Numbered from the stretch's first letter, positions 18,818 through 29,149 are shown. The stretch: DNA of 64,000 nt from Erysipelotrichales bacterium (GCA_022508565.1 JAFLUY010000003.1:69599-133598), one strand, 5' to 3'. Notes: a model not told the origin generated them from the letters alone. Numbers and translations: made by a program.

Positions 18818-19252
18818 CTAATTATCTTCACTATAAATTGTATTATTTAAATAATTATTTATAATTTTTAACGAAATAAAGTTGATATTTTCAGGTAAGC
18901 CCTTTACATCAAAAAATTTATAATCAACATGTTCTTCTGTATTACCTAAATCAATATTTCCACTGTGGCTTTTAGCTAATATACCAAAAGTAATAAAATG
19001 AGCAAACTCATTTATATCTTCTGTAATTGATATAAGTTCTAAATCAGATACATCTAAATTAACTTCTTGTTTTGTCTTACGAACAGCTGCTTCAAATAGA
19101 GTCTCACCATGTTTAACTTTGCCTGCTGGTAATGTCCATGTTCCTTCAAAACGAAATTCACTATCAGCTTTTTTAGCATCTTCATTTCTTAGTATCATTA
19201 ATACTTGATTTTCATCATTTAGGATTATTACTCCTAATCCAACTCCTGGCAT
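18818..19252 (-). CDS. NUDIX hydrolase
   Basis: Nudix box GKVKHGETLFEAAVRKTKQEVNL. Start at the second ATG, 8 nt after AAGGAG. Confidence 0.65.
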   Translation of the reverse strand: MPGVGLGVIILNDENQVLMILRNEDAKKADSEFRFEGTWTLPAGKVKHGETLFEAAVRKTKQEVNLDVSDLELISITEDINEFAHFITFGILAKSHSGNIDLGNTEEHVDYKFFDVKGLPENINFISLKIINNYLNNTIYSEDN

Positions 19253-19264
19253 ATTCTTCACTCC

Positions 19265-19470
19265 TTAAAAACAAAAAAAGTCATAAACTAAGGACGGATA
19301 TTTCCGCGGTACCACCTTAATTCATGACTATTATCATGCACTTAAATCTTAACGCGATATAACGATTTAAACTCCAGACCCATTCGACTAAACTTAAACT
19401 TGTTTGCTTTCACCTTACCAAACTCTCTAAAAAGTCTCCCTTTAGCTTCTTTCCTTCTTTGTTTAACACT
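19265..19470 (-). promoter_or_regulatory. T-box riboswitch leader (likely Met-specific) upstream of nudix-metG-tatD
   Basis: - strand reads AATTAAGGTGGTACCGCGG (conserved T-box sequence) followed by a stem and T7 run. AGAGAG GA-motif and AAUGG in the upstream stem. Confidence 0.7.
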
Positions 19471-19503
19471 CATAATATACCATAGTAAATATAATAATTC
19501 AAG

Positions 19504-22500
19504 TTATTTAATTATACTAATTATTTCATTTAATAGACTAACAACATAATAAATAAAATGTTTTTCTAAATTAAGTAATGATAATGAAATATGTATCTTT
19601 TTCATTTTATAACTAAATTTAAATTTAGGATTTATATTGTAAGCAATTAAGAATAATTTATCTCCCTGAATACTATTAGATAGATCTTCTGGTAGTTCTA
19701 TTTCTAGTAAAGTTTCAGTTTGTCTGACTCTATTTATATTTAACTTAGAAGCAAGTTTTTCAAACCACTCTTCATACATATAAATTTCCATTTCATCAGT
19801 AACTTTACCAAATCTATCGACTAATTCTTCTTTTACTTCTTCTAAAGATTTTTCATCTTCTATTTTATTTATTAATTGATGGATTTCAATCTTAATACTT
19901 TCTTCAGATACATATTCATCACTTATATGATTTTCTACTTCAATTAGAGGATTTCCGTTATCTTCAGTTTCTAGTTCTTCGCCATGTAATCTCTTTATCT
20001 CATCATTAATCATTTGAGTATATAATTCTAATCCAACTGAATCAACAAAACCTGCTTGTTCTGCTCCTAATAAGTCTCCAGCTCCTCTTATTGATAAATC
20101 ACGCATAGCAATCTTGTATCCACTACCCAATTCAGTAAATTCTTTTATAGATTGTAATCTTTTGATCGCCGTATCAGTTAAAACTTTTGCTGGGTTATAC
20201 ATTAAGTAAGCATAAGCAATTTTATCGCTTCTTCCAACTCTTCCTCTTAATTGATATAACTGAGCAAGTCCAAAATTATCGGCATCTAACACTATTAACG
20301 TATTAACATTAGGAATATCAATTCCCGTTTCGATAATTGTAGTACATACTAAAACATCATATTTATAATCAACAAAGTCTGTAACTATATTTTCAAGTTC
20401 GTTTTTATCCATCTGTCCATGAGCCATAACAATATTTGCTTCAGGAACTAACATTCTTAACTTATCAACCTCATCTTGAATAGACACTACACGGTTATAT
20501 AAAACAAACACTTGTCCATTTCTGCTAAGTTCTTTTATTATTGCATCTTTAATTAAAAATTCATTTTCTTCAACTACATAGGTTTGAACAGGATATCTGT
20601 TAATTGGTGCTGTATCAATTATGGATAAATCTCTTAACCCACTCATAGCCATTTTCAAAGTTCTTGGAATTGGAGTTGCTGATAATGTTAAAACATTAAC
20701 TTCATTTTTTAGCTCTTTTAGTTTTTCTTTATGAGTAACTCCAAATCTTTGTTCTTCATCTATTACTAATAAACCTAAATTATTAAAGTCAATTTTATCA
20801 TTTAATAATTTATGCGTACCAATAACAATATCAATTGACCCGTTTTTTAAACCTTCATAAATCTTTTTTACTTCCTTTTGACTAGTAAATCTATTAAGAA
20901 GTGAAATATTTATTGGAAACTCCTTGAATCTTTCTAGAGCATTTTGATATTGTTGGCGAGATAGTAAGGTTGTTGGACAAAGATAAGCTACTTGATAACC
21001 ATTTATTACAGTTTTAAACATTCCTCTAAAAGCTACTTCTGTTTTGCCAAATCCAACATCTCCACATAAAAGTCGATCCATCGGAATACTAGATTTTAAG
21101 TCTTTATTGATTTCAGCAATTGATTTAAGTTGATCTTTAGTTTCGTTATATTCAAAATTTGATGCAAAAACTAATTCATCTTCATTATCATCAAATAATG
21201 GACCCTTCATATTAGATCTTGCAGCATATAGTTTAATTAGTTCGCCACTAATATCATTGATTCTGTTTCTTACTTTCATTTTAGTTTTAGCCCAAGTTGT
21301 AGAATTAAGCTTATTAATCTTAGGTGGTGTTCCATCTTTATCAGAATACTTATAAATTGTTGTTATTTTTTCAACAGGTATATAAACTTTATCATTTCCC
21401 AAATAGTTAATGAGAATATAGTCTCTAACCATACCATTCTTTGTAATTGGCTCAATTCCACCATAAATACCTATACCATGTTGAACATGTACGACATAAT
21501 CACCTTTTTTTATATCATCAAAACTTTTTATTTTTCTTCCAATTTTTAAATTACTTTTATATACTCCAGCCACTTTTAAATCGTCTATATCAAATTCGGA
21601 TATAACTATATATTTATCAATATCAAAACCTTCATTAATTTTTATATTTAAAATATTAACTTCGTTTTCAACAATAGAACCAACATTTACTTTATCAAAT
21701 AATTCAGAGATTCTATCAATTTGTTTCTCTTTAGATAAACAAATTATTACTTTTTTTAATTTTTTATGAACATTACAAAAATCTTTTAGTGCTTCATAAT
21801 CACCTTTAAATTTAATAATATCTTTAGAAGTAAAATTAATTGCATTATCAAGATTATTAATAGTTTCAATCTTTATAAAATCACTTGGCATTATATCTTC
21901 ATACTTATACATATAATCTATATCATCCAAATGTTTTGATGCATTATAATCTTGAATATCTGATAATATTTTTGTATAACCATTCAATATTTGTTTTTCA
22001 TCAACATAAAAGATAAAAGGATTATTCATATATTCAAATAAAGAACTGTGCTCATCACTATTTAATTCATCTATTGGTAATATAGTAATGCTATCTATTT
22101 CATTAATAGATAATTGAGTTTCTTCATTAAAATATCTTATGGATTCTATTTCATCACCAAATAGTTCTATTCTTATTGGAGATGATTCATCTATTGGAAA
22201 AACATCAATAATGTATCCTCTAATTGCGTATTCACCTGTGGATGTTACTAAAGAAGATCTAGTATAACCAAATTCTTCTAGTTTTTTTATAACTTCTTCT
22301 CTTTTTAATTCTACACCTTTTTTTATCTCTATTTGAAGTTCTTCAGATTTCTTATAAGATGGCAAATATCTTAAATATCCCATTAAGTTTGTAACTACCA
22401 TGGATTTCTTATTGTTTTTAATATGTTCTAAAGTTTGTAATCTATTAACCTTTAAATCTGGCGATATAGCTAAAGCAACTGAAGATAAAAAATCATCCAT

Positions 22501-22701
22501 TGGAAAAAGACATACATCATCTGTGTATGTTTTTAATCGTTGAAAGATTTTATTAGAATCATATAAAGAATTAGTAACTATTAAAACATTTCTATCATTA
22601 TTTCTAAAGTAATTATAATAATATAGAATAGTTAATTCATATGTTAGACCGCAAACTCTCGTATGATTCTCGTACTTAAAAAGTGAAGTAAGAAAATCCA
22701 T
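19504..22701 (-). CDS. mfd: transcription-repair coupling factor Mfd
   Basis: 1065 aa, helicase motifs GDVGFGKTEVA, DEEQRFGV and QLRGRVGR, UvrB-homology N-terminus. Confidence 0.9.
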   Translation of the reverse strand: MDFLTSLFKYENHTRVCGLTYELTILYYYNYFRNNDRNVLIVTNSLYDSNKIFQRLKTYTDDVCLFPMDDFLSSVALAISPDLKVNRLQTLEHIKNNKKSMVVTNLMGYLRYLPSYKKSEELQIEIKKGVELKREEVIKKLEEFGYTRSSLVTSTGEYAIRGYIIDVFPIDESSPIRIELFGDEIESIRYFNEETQLSINEIDSITILPIDELNSDEHSSLFEYMNNPFIFYVDEKQILNGYTKILSDIQDYNASKHLDDIDYMYKYEDIMPSDFIKIETINNLDNAINFTSKDIIKFKGDYEALKDFCNVHKKLKKVIICLSKEKQIDRISELFDKVNVGSIVENEVNILNIKINEGFDIDKYIVISEFDIDDLKVAGVYKSNLKIGRKIKSFDDIKKGDYVVHVQHGIGIYGGIEPITKNGMVRDYILINYLGNDKVYIPVEKITTIYKYSDKDGTPPKINKLNSTTWAKTKMKVRNRINDISGELIKLYAARSNMKGPLFDDNEDELVFASNFEYNETKDQLKSIAEINKDLKSSIPMDRLLCGDVGFGKTEVAFRGMFKTVINGYQVAYLCPTTLLSRQQYQNALERFKEFPINISLLNRFTSQKEVKKIYEGLKNGSIDIVIGTHKLLNDKIDFNNLGLLVIDEEQRFGVTHKEKLKELKNEVNVLTLSATPIPRTLKMAMSGLRDLSIIDTAPINRYPVQTYVVEENEFLIKDAIIKELSRNGQVFVLYNRVVSIQDEVDKLRMLVPEANIVMAHGQMDKNELENIVTDFVDYKYDVLVCTTIIETGIDIPNVNTLIVLDADNFGLAQLYQLRGRVGRSDKIAYAYLMYNPAKVLTDTAIKRLQSIKEFTELGSGYKIAMRDLSIRGAGDLLGAEQAGFVDSVGLELYTQMINDEIKRLHGEELETEDNGNPLIEVENHISDEYVSEESIKIEIHQLINKIEDEKSLEEVKEELVDRFGKVTDEMEIYMYEEWFEKLASKLNINRVRQTETLLEIELPEDLSNSIQGDKLFLIAYNINPKFKFSYKMKKIHISLSLLNLEKHFIYYVVSLLNEIISIIK

Positions 22702-22709
22702 AATATCAC

Positions 22710-23255
22710 CTAATTATATTTATTCATTAAATCATTTATATAATTGTAATCAAAATGTTCAATGATATCGTAAAAATTAGAATAGTTTCCTTCAATAACT
22801 TTTAATTCAGATTTGGAAAAAGGCCCTAATACATAATCTTTAGTATCTATACCTTTATTGTTTGATATTCCTATCTTCAAACGTGCAAAAGCATCTGTAG
22901 ATATAGCATTAATAATATCTTTTATACCATTATGACCACCTGATGAAGAATTGACTTTAATTCTATAATTTCCAACTTCTAAATCCAAATCATCATGAAT
23001 AACTAAAATATCTTTATAATCTAATTTATAAAAGTTCATAAATGAACAAACACATTTGCCAGATAAATTCATATAAGTTTGAGGTTTTAAAAATATATAT
23101 TTTTCATCATTAATTTTTGTTTCATAATAAAGTCCATTAAACTTACTAGACCATTTAACATCTCCAAGATAAGAATCTAGAACCATAAAACCAACGTTAT
23201 GTCTTGTTTTATTATAATCTTTTCCAGGATTTCCTAAACCAACAATTAATTTCAT
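22710..23255 (-). CDS. pth: peptidyl-tRNA hydrolase
   Basis: MKLIVGLGNPG...HNG. Start at MKLIV with GAGAGGTG RBS. Confidence 0.9.
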   Translation of the reverse strand: MKLIVGLGNPGKDYNKTRHNVGFMVLDSYLGDVKWSSKFNGLYYETKINDEKYIFLKPQTYMNLSGKCVCSFMNFYKLDYKDILVIHDDLDLEVGNYRIKVNSSSGGHNGIKDIINAISTDAFARLKIGISNNKGIDTKDYVLGPFSKSELKVIEGNYSNFYDIIEHFDYNYINDLMNKYN

Positions 23256-23259
23256 ATTA

Positions 23260-23973
23260 TCACCTCTCAAATATGCTTTTGTAACTCTTGTAATCAGATA
23301 AAAAAACAGGTTTTTCTATAATAACATAATTTTTACCATTAAAGACACTTTCAATTAAAAATAAACATGCATTTTTATCCTTATCATCATAAACTGGAAC
23401 AATTCTTTTAACTCCAAAGTTATATTTGTTTAGAGTTGAAATAACATCAGCTATTCTATCTGGTCGATGAACCAAATAAAAATCGCCTTGATTTTGAATT
23501 ATTTTTGATGCAATTTTAACTAATGATTCTAAATCTATTTTTATTTCATGTCTAGCTATTGCTTTTATTTCATTTTCGTTAATGTAATTAGTCTCATTAT
23601 TCTTAAAATATGGTGGATTGCAAGTAATAATGTCAAACTTACTATTTTTAAATAAATCTACTATATTATTTATATCAGCATTAATCAGATTTATACATTT
23701 GATATCGTTATATTCTAAAGATTTAAGAGCTAAATCATAAATCTCTTTTTGTAGTTCTACTCCTGTGATATTAACAGAGCTTTCAAACTTTTTATGTAAT
23801 ATCATTGGCACCGGTGCATTACCAGTACACAAATCAATTAATTTAGTTTTCCCTTTTTTTATATTAACAAATTCTGCAAGTAGTACAGAATCTATAGAAA
23901 ATTTAAAATACTCCGAATTTTGATAAATTGAATATCCATAATCAAATAAATCATTTAATTCATTAGATTTCAT
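23260..23973 (-). CDS. tRNA (adenine37-N6)-methyltransferase TrmN6/YabB-like
   Basis: SAM-binding LIDLCTGNA and N6-MTase NPPY (ITCNPPYF). Confidence 0.65.
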   Translation of the reverse strand: MKSNELNDLFDYGYSIYQNSEYFKFSIDSVLLAEFVNIKKGKTKLIDLCTGNAPVPMILHKKFESSVNITGVELQKEIYDLALKSLEYNDIKCINLINADINNIVDLFKNSKFDIITCNPPYFKNNETNYINENEIKAIARHEIKIDLESLVKIASKIIQNQGDFYLVHRPDRIADVISTLNKYNFGVKRIVPVYDDKDKNACLFLIESVFNGKNYVIIEKPVFLSDYKSYKSIFER

Positions 23974-24754
23974 ATTCCTTTTTATCTCCATCAATTAAAA
24001 TAGTATATTTTTTATTTAAAACATCTAGGCTAACTACTTTGCCTTCACCATCTTTAGTTTTTATAACTTCACCCATTTTAGGTAAATCTTGTCTATGCTC
24101 AGTATAAACTTCATCTTCATATGATAAACAACATAATAGTCTGCCACATGCCCCATTGATTTTTGATGGATTTAACGCAATATTTTGGTTTTTAGCCATA
24201 TTAATACTTATTGTATCTATTCCATTTAAGAATTTTGAACAACAAAGTTCACGACCACATTGACCAATTCCGCCGATTTCTTTGGATTTATCTCTTACAC
24301 CCATTTGGTGAAGTTCAATTCTAGTTTTATATTTAGCGGCAATATCTTTTACTAAATCCCTAAAATCAATTCTAGAATCAGCAATAAAGTTAAATGTTAA
24401 TTGTTTCTTATCTAGAGTAAAAGATGCGTCTAAAAGTCTCATATCTAAATTCATTTCTTCTGCAATCTTTTTTGCATAAGCCAATGCTTCTGTTGCTTCT
24501 TTTAAGTTTTTCATATATTTGTTATAGTCTTCTTTAGTCGATATTCTTAAAACTGTCTTCATTGAATCCATATCAAGATTTTTAATTCCCGTGATATTTG
24601 TTTCGACAACTTTAGCGTATTGTTCGCCTTTTTCAGTATCAACTACAACAGTAAGATCTTTTTTTAATTCAAATTCATCATTTCTAAAATAATAGATTTT
24701 TCCAAAATCTTTAAATTTAACACCACATATATTACTCATAATTATTACTCCCAT
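23963..24754 (-). CDS. ricT: PSP1-domain protein YaaT/RicT
   Basis: PSP1 C-terminal pattern with Cys cluster (QCGRELCCS...CGRLLCC), position between holB and yabB. Confidence 0.7.
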   Translation of the reverse strand: MGVIIMSNICGVKFKDFGKIYYFRNDEFELKKDLTVVVDTEKGEQYAKVVETNITGIKNLDMDSMKTVLRISTKEDYNKYMKNLKEATEALAYAKKIAEEMNLDMRLLDASFTLDKKQLTFNFIADSRIDFRDLVKDIAAKYKTRIELHQMGVRDKSKEIGGIGQCGRELCCSKFLNGIDTISINMAKNQNIALNPSKINGACGRLLCCLSYEDEVYTEHRQDLPKMGEVIKTKDGEGKVVSLDVLNKKYTILIDGDKKEYEI

Positions 24755-25602
24755 AAAACAAAAAATTTATTTATTATTAATTCCTTATTAACATTAAAAT
24801 TAAGGTCATTGATTATATTATCTAATATTTTTATTCTTTTTACAATAATAGATAAATCATTTGTTGAAATAGATTCTAAAATACTATTTACATATTCTAA
24901 ATCATTATAAAGACATAATTGAATATTTTCATATTTTAATACGTAAAATTTTTTAATTAATTTAAATAAAAGATCAATCTCAGTTCTTTCTTTTTGTGAT
25001 ATATTTTTAGATTCGGCCATTAGTAGATACTTAGGACTGTCATTAAGAAGGCCTGTTAATTTAAGTGCTTCATTAAAACATTCTGAATACTCATTTTCAT
25101 TTATCTCCAATAAATCTAATATTGAATTGCTGCCATATTTGTAATTATATAATTCGCATCTACTTTTTATAGTAGGTAGAATTCCGCCAACTTTATCTGT
25201 TATAAAAAAACCAATTATATCACCTTCAGGTTCTTCTAAGAATTTTAACAGCTTATTAGCCGATGAAGCATTCATCTTATCTGCTTCACAAATAATATAA
25301 GATGAATATTTAGAAATAAAAGGTTTTGTTGAAAATGACTTTATAATATTTAATATTTGATCGGTTTTTATTTCTTTACCATCAGGTTTTTCTATAATTA
25401 AATCAGGATTTGTCAAATCATCTATACTTTTACAAATACTGCAATCATTGCATCCATCGTTTTTACAATTAATGCTTTTTATTATAAAAAGAGCATCTTT
25501 TAAACAAGATTCAATATTATTTGTTGAAAGCAAAAAAGCATGAGAATTATTATTCTCATGGAAAGAATTAATAATTAAATTGTTAATTTCATCTGTCTTC
25601 AT
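24745..25602 (-). CDS. holB: DNA polymerase III delta' subunit
   Basis: Size, position after recR/bofA, Cys cluster CKNDGCNDCSIC typical of delta'. Confidence 0.7.
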   Translation of the reverse strand: MKTDEINNLIINSFHENNNSHAFLLSTNNIESCLKDALFIIKSINCKNDGCNDCSICKSIDDLTNPDLIIEKPDGKEIKTDQILNIIKSFSTKPFISKYSSYIICEADKMNASSANKLLKFLEEPEGDIIGFFITDKVGGILPTIKSRCELYNYKYGSNSILDLLEINENEYSECFNEALKLTGLLNDSPKYLLMAESKNISQKERTEIDLLFKLIKKFYVLKYENIQLCLYNDLEYVNSILESISTNDLSIIVKRIKILDNIINDLNFNVNKELIINKFFVLWE

Positions 25603-25605
25603 ATA

Positions 25606-25791
25606 TCACCTGTATTTTAAAACAAGAAGTGCAATTAAAACAATCCCTGGAAACCCAAAAACAGTATAAATAATAATTGAAAAACAATTAATTGGCAGGA
25701 TGATTCCAAATTTAATAAGAATATAATCAAGAGTGTATATAGTCAATGTAGAAACTATAAATCTTTTAAGATATTTCTTTAATTGAAACAC
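25606..25791 (-). CDS. bofA: small membrane protein, BofA-like (pro-sigma-K processing inhibitor)
   Basis: 61 aa, 2 TM. C-terminus TVFGFPGIVLIALLVLKY resembles BofA GILGIPGIAALVVIKQF. Sits in the recR-bofA position. Confidence 0.45.
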   Translation of the reverse strand: MFQLKKYLKRFIVSTLTIYTLDYILIKFGIILPINCFSIIIYTVFGFPGIVLIALLVLKYR

Positions 25792-25830
25792 ATTTTTTCA
25801 CCAATTAATTATATTATTAATATATATCAA

Positions 25831-26430
25831 TTATGAAATCTCTTTTCTATCTAATAGTGCTCTATCAAGAGTAATTGAATCTAAATAGTCAATGTCTACT
25901 CCCATAGGAAGACCATAAGATAATCTAGATACTTTAATATTTTTATCTTCAAATATTTTTTTAATATATAAAGTAGTTGTTTCACCTTCAATAGATGGCT
26001 TCAATGCGAGAATAATTTCAGCATTTTCTTCATTTCCTTTAAGTCTATCAAGTAGCGAATGAACATTTATATCTTCTGGAAAAACACCATCAATTGGAGA
26101 TATAAGACCATCTAAAACATGATAAACCCCATCAAAAGAACGAGATTTTTCAAACATTATAACATTTCTATAATCTTCAACTACACATATAACATTTTTC
26201 TTTCTACTTGTATCAGAACAGATATCGCAAATATCTTTATCAGTTAAATGGCCACAAATAGAACATCTAACTATTTTCTTTTTCATTTCTTTAATCTTAG
26301 TTACAAAATCATCAAGCTCACTATCATCAAGTTCCAAAACAGAAAGAGCATATCTTTCTGCACTTTTATCACCTACTCCAGGTAATTTTTTAAATGCTGA
26401 TTTTCCTTCTTCAAATACTGCAGGATACAT
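25831..26430 (-). CDS. recR: recombination protein RecR
   Basis: C4 zinc finger CSICGHLTDKDICDIC, Toprim domain. Confidence 0.9.
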   Translation of the reverse strand: MYPAVFEEGKSAFKKLPGVGDKSAERYALSVLELDDSELDDFVTKIKEMKKKIVRCSICGHLTDKDICDICSDTSRKKNVICVVEDYRNVIMFEKSRSFDGVYHVLDGLISPIDGVFPEDINVHSLLDRLKGNEENAEIILALKPSIEGETTTLYIKKIFEDKNIKVSRLSYGLPMGVDIDYLDSITLDRALLDRKEIS

Positions 26431-26729
26431 TACATCAATCCGCCTAATTGTTCAGCATATGGTCCCATTTTTGCTTTAAGATCAGCATTAATCTTTTTAA
26501 TAGCATCATCATGAGCTATTTTTATCATATCTTGTAACATTTCAATATCTTCTTTGTCCAATGAATTTATATTTTTAAAATTTACTGACTTCAATGTTTT
26601 ATCACCCATTAAAACAACTTTAACAAGTTGACTTTCACCAGTATATTCTGTTGATTTTAATTCATTTTGTTTTTTCTCCATATCTTTTTGCATTCTTTGA
26701 GCTTGTTGCATTAATGCTTGCATGTTCAT
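26430..26729 (-). CDS. ybaB: nucleoid-associated protein YbaB/EbfC
   Basis: 99 aa, MNMQALMQQAQRMQKDMEKKQ... typical YbaB. Confidence 0.85.
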   Translation of the reverse strand: MNMQALMQQAQRMQKDMEKKQNELKSTEYTGESQLVKVVLMGDKTLKSVNFKNINSLDKEDIEMLQDMIKIAHDDAIKKINADLKAKMGPYAEQLGGLM

Positions 26730-26741
26730 ATATCATCTCTC

Positions 26742-28328
26742 CTAATCTATTTTAACTTTTTCTTCTCCAAATACATCTTCAGCAAGTTTAACCGAATTTG
26801 CATCTGAAACTATAAACTCGTCTTCACTAAGAATATCATATTTTTTTGTCTTATCATAATCTTTCATAAATAATTCCCAATCATTCTTTGAAATAAATAC
26901 AAATTTATAATCTGAGCCATTATTTGATAAAAATTTGTTTTCTAATTCGTATAACTTAGAATTAGCAAGAATCTTAATACTTTCAGACTTTGTTAAAAAA
27001 ATTACATACTTATCACTCACAACCTGAGGTATTGCTTTAGAAACAATATTTAATAAATCAACTATATTTTCACTTTTTAAATTATTTATAAAATCTTTCC
27101 ATATTTCACTAAAAGACACTTTAAATTCCTTAGTACAGTTTACAAAAGTATTATTTATTCTAACTTTTATAAACTCTTCAGAAATCAAGTACTTTTGGGA
27201 ATTTTTATTATCATTTAACATATTGTTTACATCAATTTTAGTGTCAACTCCAATTATTTCCCGGGAAATAATTTGATTAATATCTCTATTGGAAATTTGA
27301 TTTTCTTCATCATTAATAAATGTAATCAATTCTAATTCCAAAAGTAGATATCCATTTGAGTTTTTTCCTATCTTACTGTATAGTTCATTCAAACTTTCAA
27401 TTATTTTCTTTAATTGATTAAATGCCGCAGAAGAAATATTAGCTTTTTTCATGTTAATTGCCTTATCGATAAAATTATCTAGTATTTTATCTAAGAAAAC
27501 CTTTATATCAATACCAGTATCCTTAATTTTTCTAAGTAATAATACAAGTCCATCAATATCATTTTTAATTATGAATGTATAAAGGAGATCCAGTTCTTCA
27601 GAAGTTACAGTACCAAAATTAGATTTCAAAACATCAATGGAAATATTATCAGTGACCTTTGATAATTGGTCTAAGATACTTAGGGCATCTCGCATACAAC
27701 CTTCGCTTAAATAAGATATTTCCGTTAATGACGCATCATCATACTTTATATTTTCTGAATCACATATCTTTTTTAAGTTATCAAAAATTAATGATCTATC
27801 AATTCTTTGAAAATCAAAACGTTGGCATCTAGACAAAACAGTTATTGGTACACTTTGAATTTCCGTTGTAGCTAAAATAAATATAACATTAGCAGGAGGT
27901 TCCTCAAGTGTTTTTAATAAAGCATTCCAAGCTTGATTTGAAAGCATATGAACTTCGTCAATTATATATATTTTATATTTGCTATTAGTTGGTGCAATAG
28001 CTACATTATCGACGATTTCTCTAATATCAACTACGCTATTATTACTGGCAGCATCCATCTCAATTACATCAGGAGATGTATTAAAATTAATACAATTATT
28101 ACATTCTCCGCAAGGAATACCTGAATTTTGATTTATACAATTCAATGTTCTAGAAAATATTTTCGCTGTACTTGTCTTACCTGTACCTCTAGGGCCAGTA
28201 AATATATATGCATGAGCTATTTTATTGTTAATAATTGAATTTTTTAAAATATTTTTTATATGATCTTGACCTACTAAATCGTCAAATGTTGTAGGTCTAT
28301 ATTTTCTATACAAAACCCTGTAATCCAT
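26742..28328 (-). CDS. dnaX: DNA polymerase III subunit gamma/tau
   Basis: Walker A GPRGTGKTS, zinc module CGECNNC, DEVHML. Confidence 0.9.
   Translation of the reverse strand: MDYRVLYRKYRPTTFDDLVGQDHIKNILKNSIINNKIAHAYIFTGPRGTGKTSTAKIFSRTLNCINQNSGIPCGECNNCINFNTSPDVIEMDAASNNSVVDIREIVDNVAIAPTNSKYKIYIIDEVHMLSNQAWNALLKTLEEPPANVIFILATTEIQSVPITVLSRCQRFDFQRIDRSLIFDNLKKICDSENIKYDDASLTEISYLSEGCMRDALSILDQLSKVTDNISIDVLKSNFGTVTSEELDLLYTFIIKNDIDGLVLLLRKIKDTGIDIKVFLDKILDNFIDKAINMKKANISSAAFNQLKKIIESLNELYSKIGKNSNGYLLLELELITFINDEENQISNRDINQIISREIIGVDTKIDVNNMLNDNKNSQKYLISEEFIKVRINNTFVNCTKEFKVSFSEIWKDFINNLKSENIVDLLNIVSKAIPQVVSDKYVIFLTKSESIKILANSKLYELENKFLSNNGSDYKFVFISKNDWELFMKDYDKTKKYDILSEDEFIVSDANSVKLAEDVFGEEKVKID
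27256..27269. promoter_or_regulatory. perfect Noc-binding-site palindrome ATTTCCCGGGAAAT inside dnaX
   Basis: Exact 14-bp NBS consensus. Extended perfect palindrome TTATTTCCCGGGAAATAA at 27254-27271. Confidence 0.55.
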
Positions 28329-28363
28329 TACGTATCACCTGTAATAATTATACCATAACAATG

Positions 28364-28792
28364 CTACCTTTTACATTTTAATTTAAAGAATTTTGATAAT
28401 AATTCTCTATATTTTTTTTGTTGAAAACTATAATCTTTTTCACTTACTTTTTTAAAATTTGTTTTGGCATACTCTTTTTTATAATTATACTTATCTATCA
28501 AATAATAAACATTTGCAATTCTTGATTGTTTTATTACTTCCTTACACATGCTACATGGTTCTAAATTTACATATATATCACAATCATTTAATCTCCAGTC
28601 CCCTATTTTTTTTGCAGCCTTTTTTATAGCAATTATCTCTGCATGACTAGTAATATCGTGATTTCTAGTTCTTTTATTATATGCTTTGGCGATTATTTTG
28701 TTGTTGAAAACTACAATTGCACCTACTGGTACTTCATTACGTTTATACGCTTTATTAGCTAATTTTAATAAAACATCAAAATAACAATTCAT
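28364..28792 (-). CDS. tadA: tRNA-specific adenosine deaminase TadA
   Basis: HAEIIAI ... PCSMC zinc-binding motifs. Confidence 0.85.
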   Translation of the reverse strand: MNCYFDVLLKLANKAYKRNEVPVGAIVVFNNKIIAKAYNKRTRNHDITSHAEIIAIKKAAKKIGDWRLNDCDIYVNLEPCSMCKEVIKQSRIANVYYLIDKYNYKKEYAKTNFKKVSEKDYSFQQKKYRELLSKFFKLKCKR

Positions 28793-28814
28793 TATTAATC
28801 ACCTCATAAAAAAA

Positions 28815-28886
28815 GCGCACACAAACAGAGGATAATATGGCTGCTATCTTCCGATCCTGACCAGGTTATAACATATTTGTTGCGCA
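28815..28886 (-). ncRNA. ffs: SRP RNA (small 4.5S-type, ffs/scr)
   Basis: - strand reads ...AACCTGGTCAGGATCGGAAGATAGCAGCCATA... (domain IV consensus CCUGGUCAGG..CGGAAG..AGCAGCC) closed by a GCGCA/UGCGC helix and U7. Position between tadA and gyrA mirrors Bacillus. Exact ends uncertain. Confidence 0.6.
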
Positions 28887-28942
28887 AATGTATTATAACA
28901 TAATCACGAAAAAAGGAAAAACATTTATTTAATATTCAACAA

Positions 28943-28958
28943 TGTTTCACGTGAAACA
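28943..28958. promoter_or_regulatory. parS site 1 (TGTTTCACGTGAAACA)
   Basis: Exact Spo0J parS consensus, embedded in a 26-bp perfect palindrome. Confidence 0.7.
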
Positions 28959-29041
28959 TTGTTTTAGTTACAAAATATATTATTTATTCTTGATATTTAT
29001 TGAGACCACCATTTTTTTAAGTGTTACTTTATTTTTATATA

Positions 29042-29057
29042 TGTTTCACGTGAAACA
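29042..29057. promoter_or_regulatory. parS site 2 (TGTTTCACGTGAAACA)
   Basis: Exact consensus, embedded in the about 28-bp palindrome TATATATGTTTCACGTGAAACATATATA. Confidence 0.7.
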
Positions 29058-29149
29058 TATATAAAAAAATTTAAAAATATAGTAATAATTAATATAAAAT
29101 AATAAATTTTGCTTTTAAAACTTTTAATTATTATGTTTACGAACACAAA

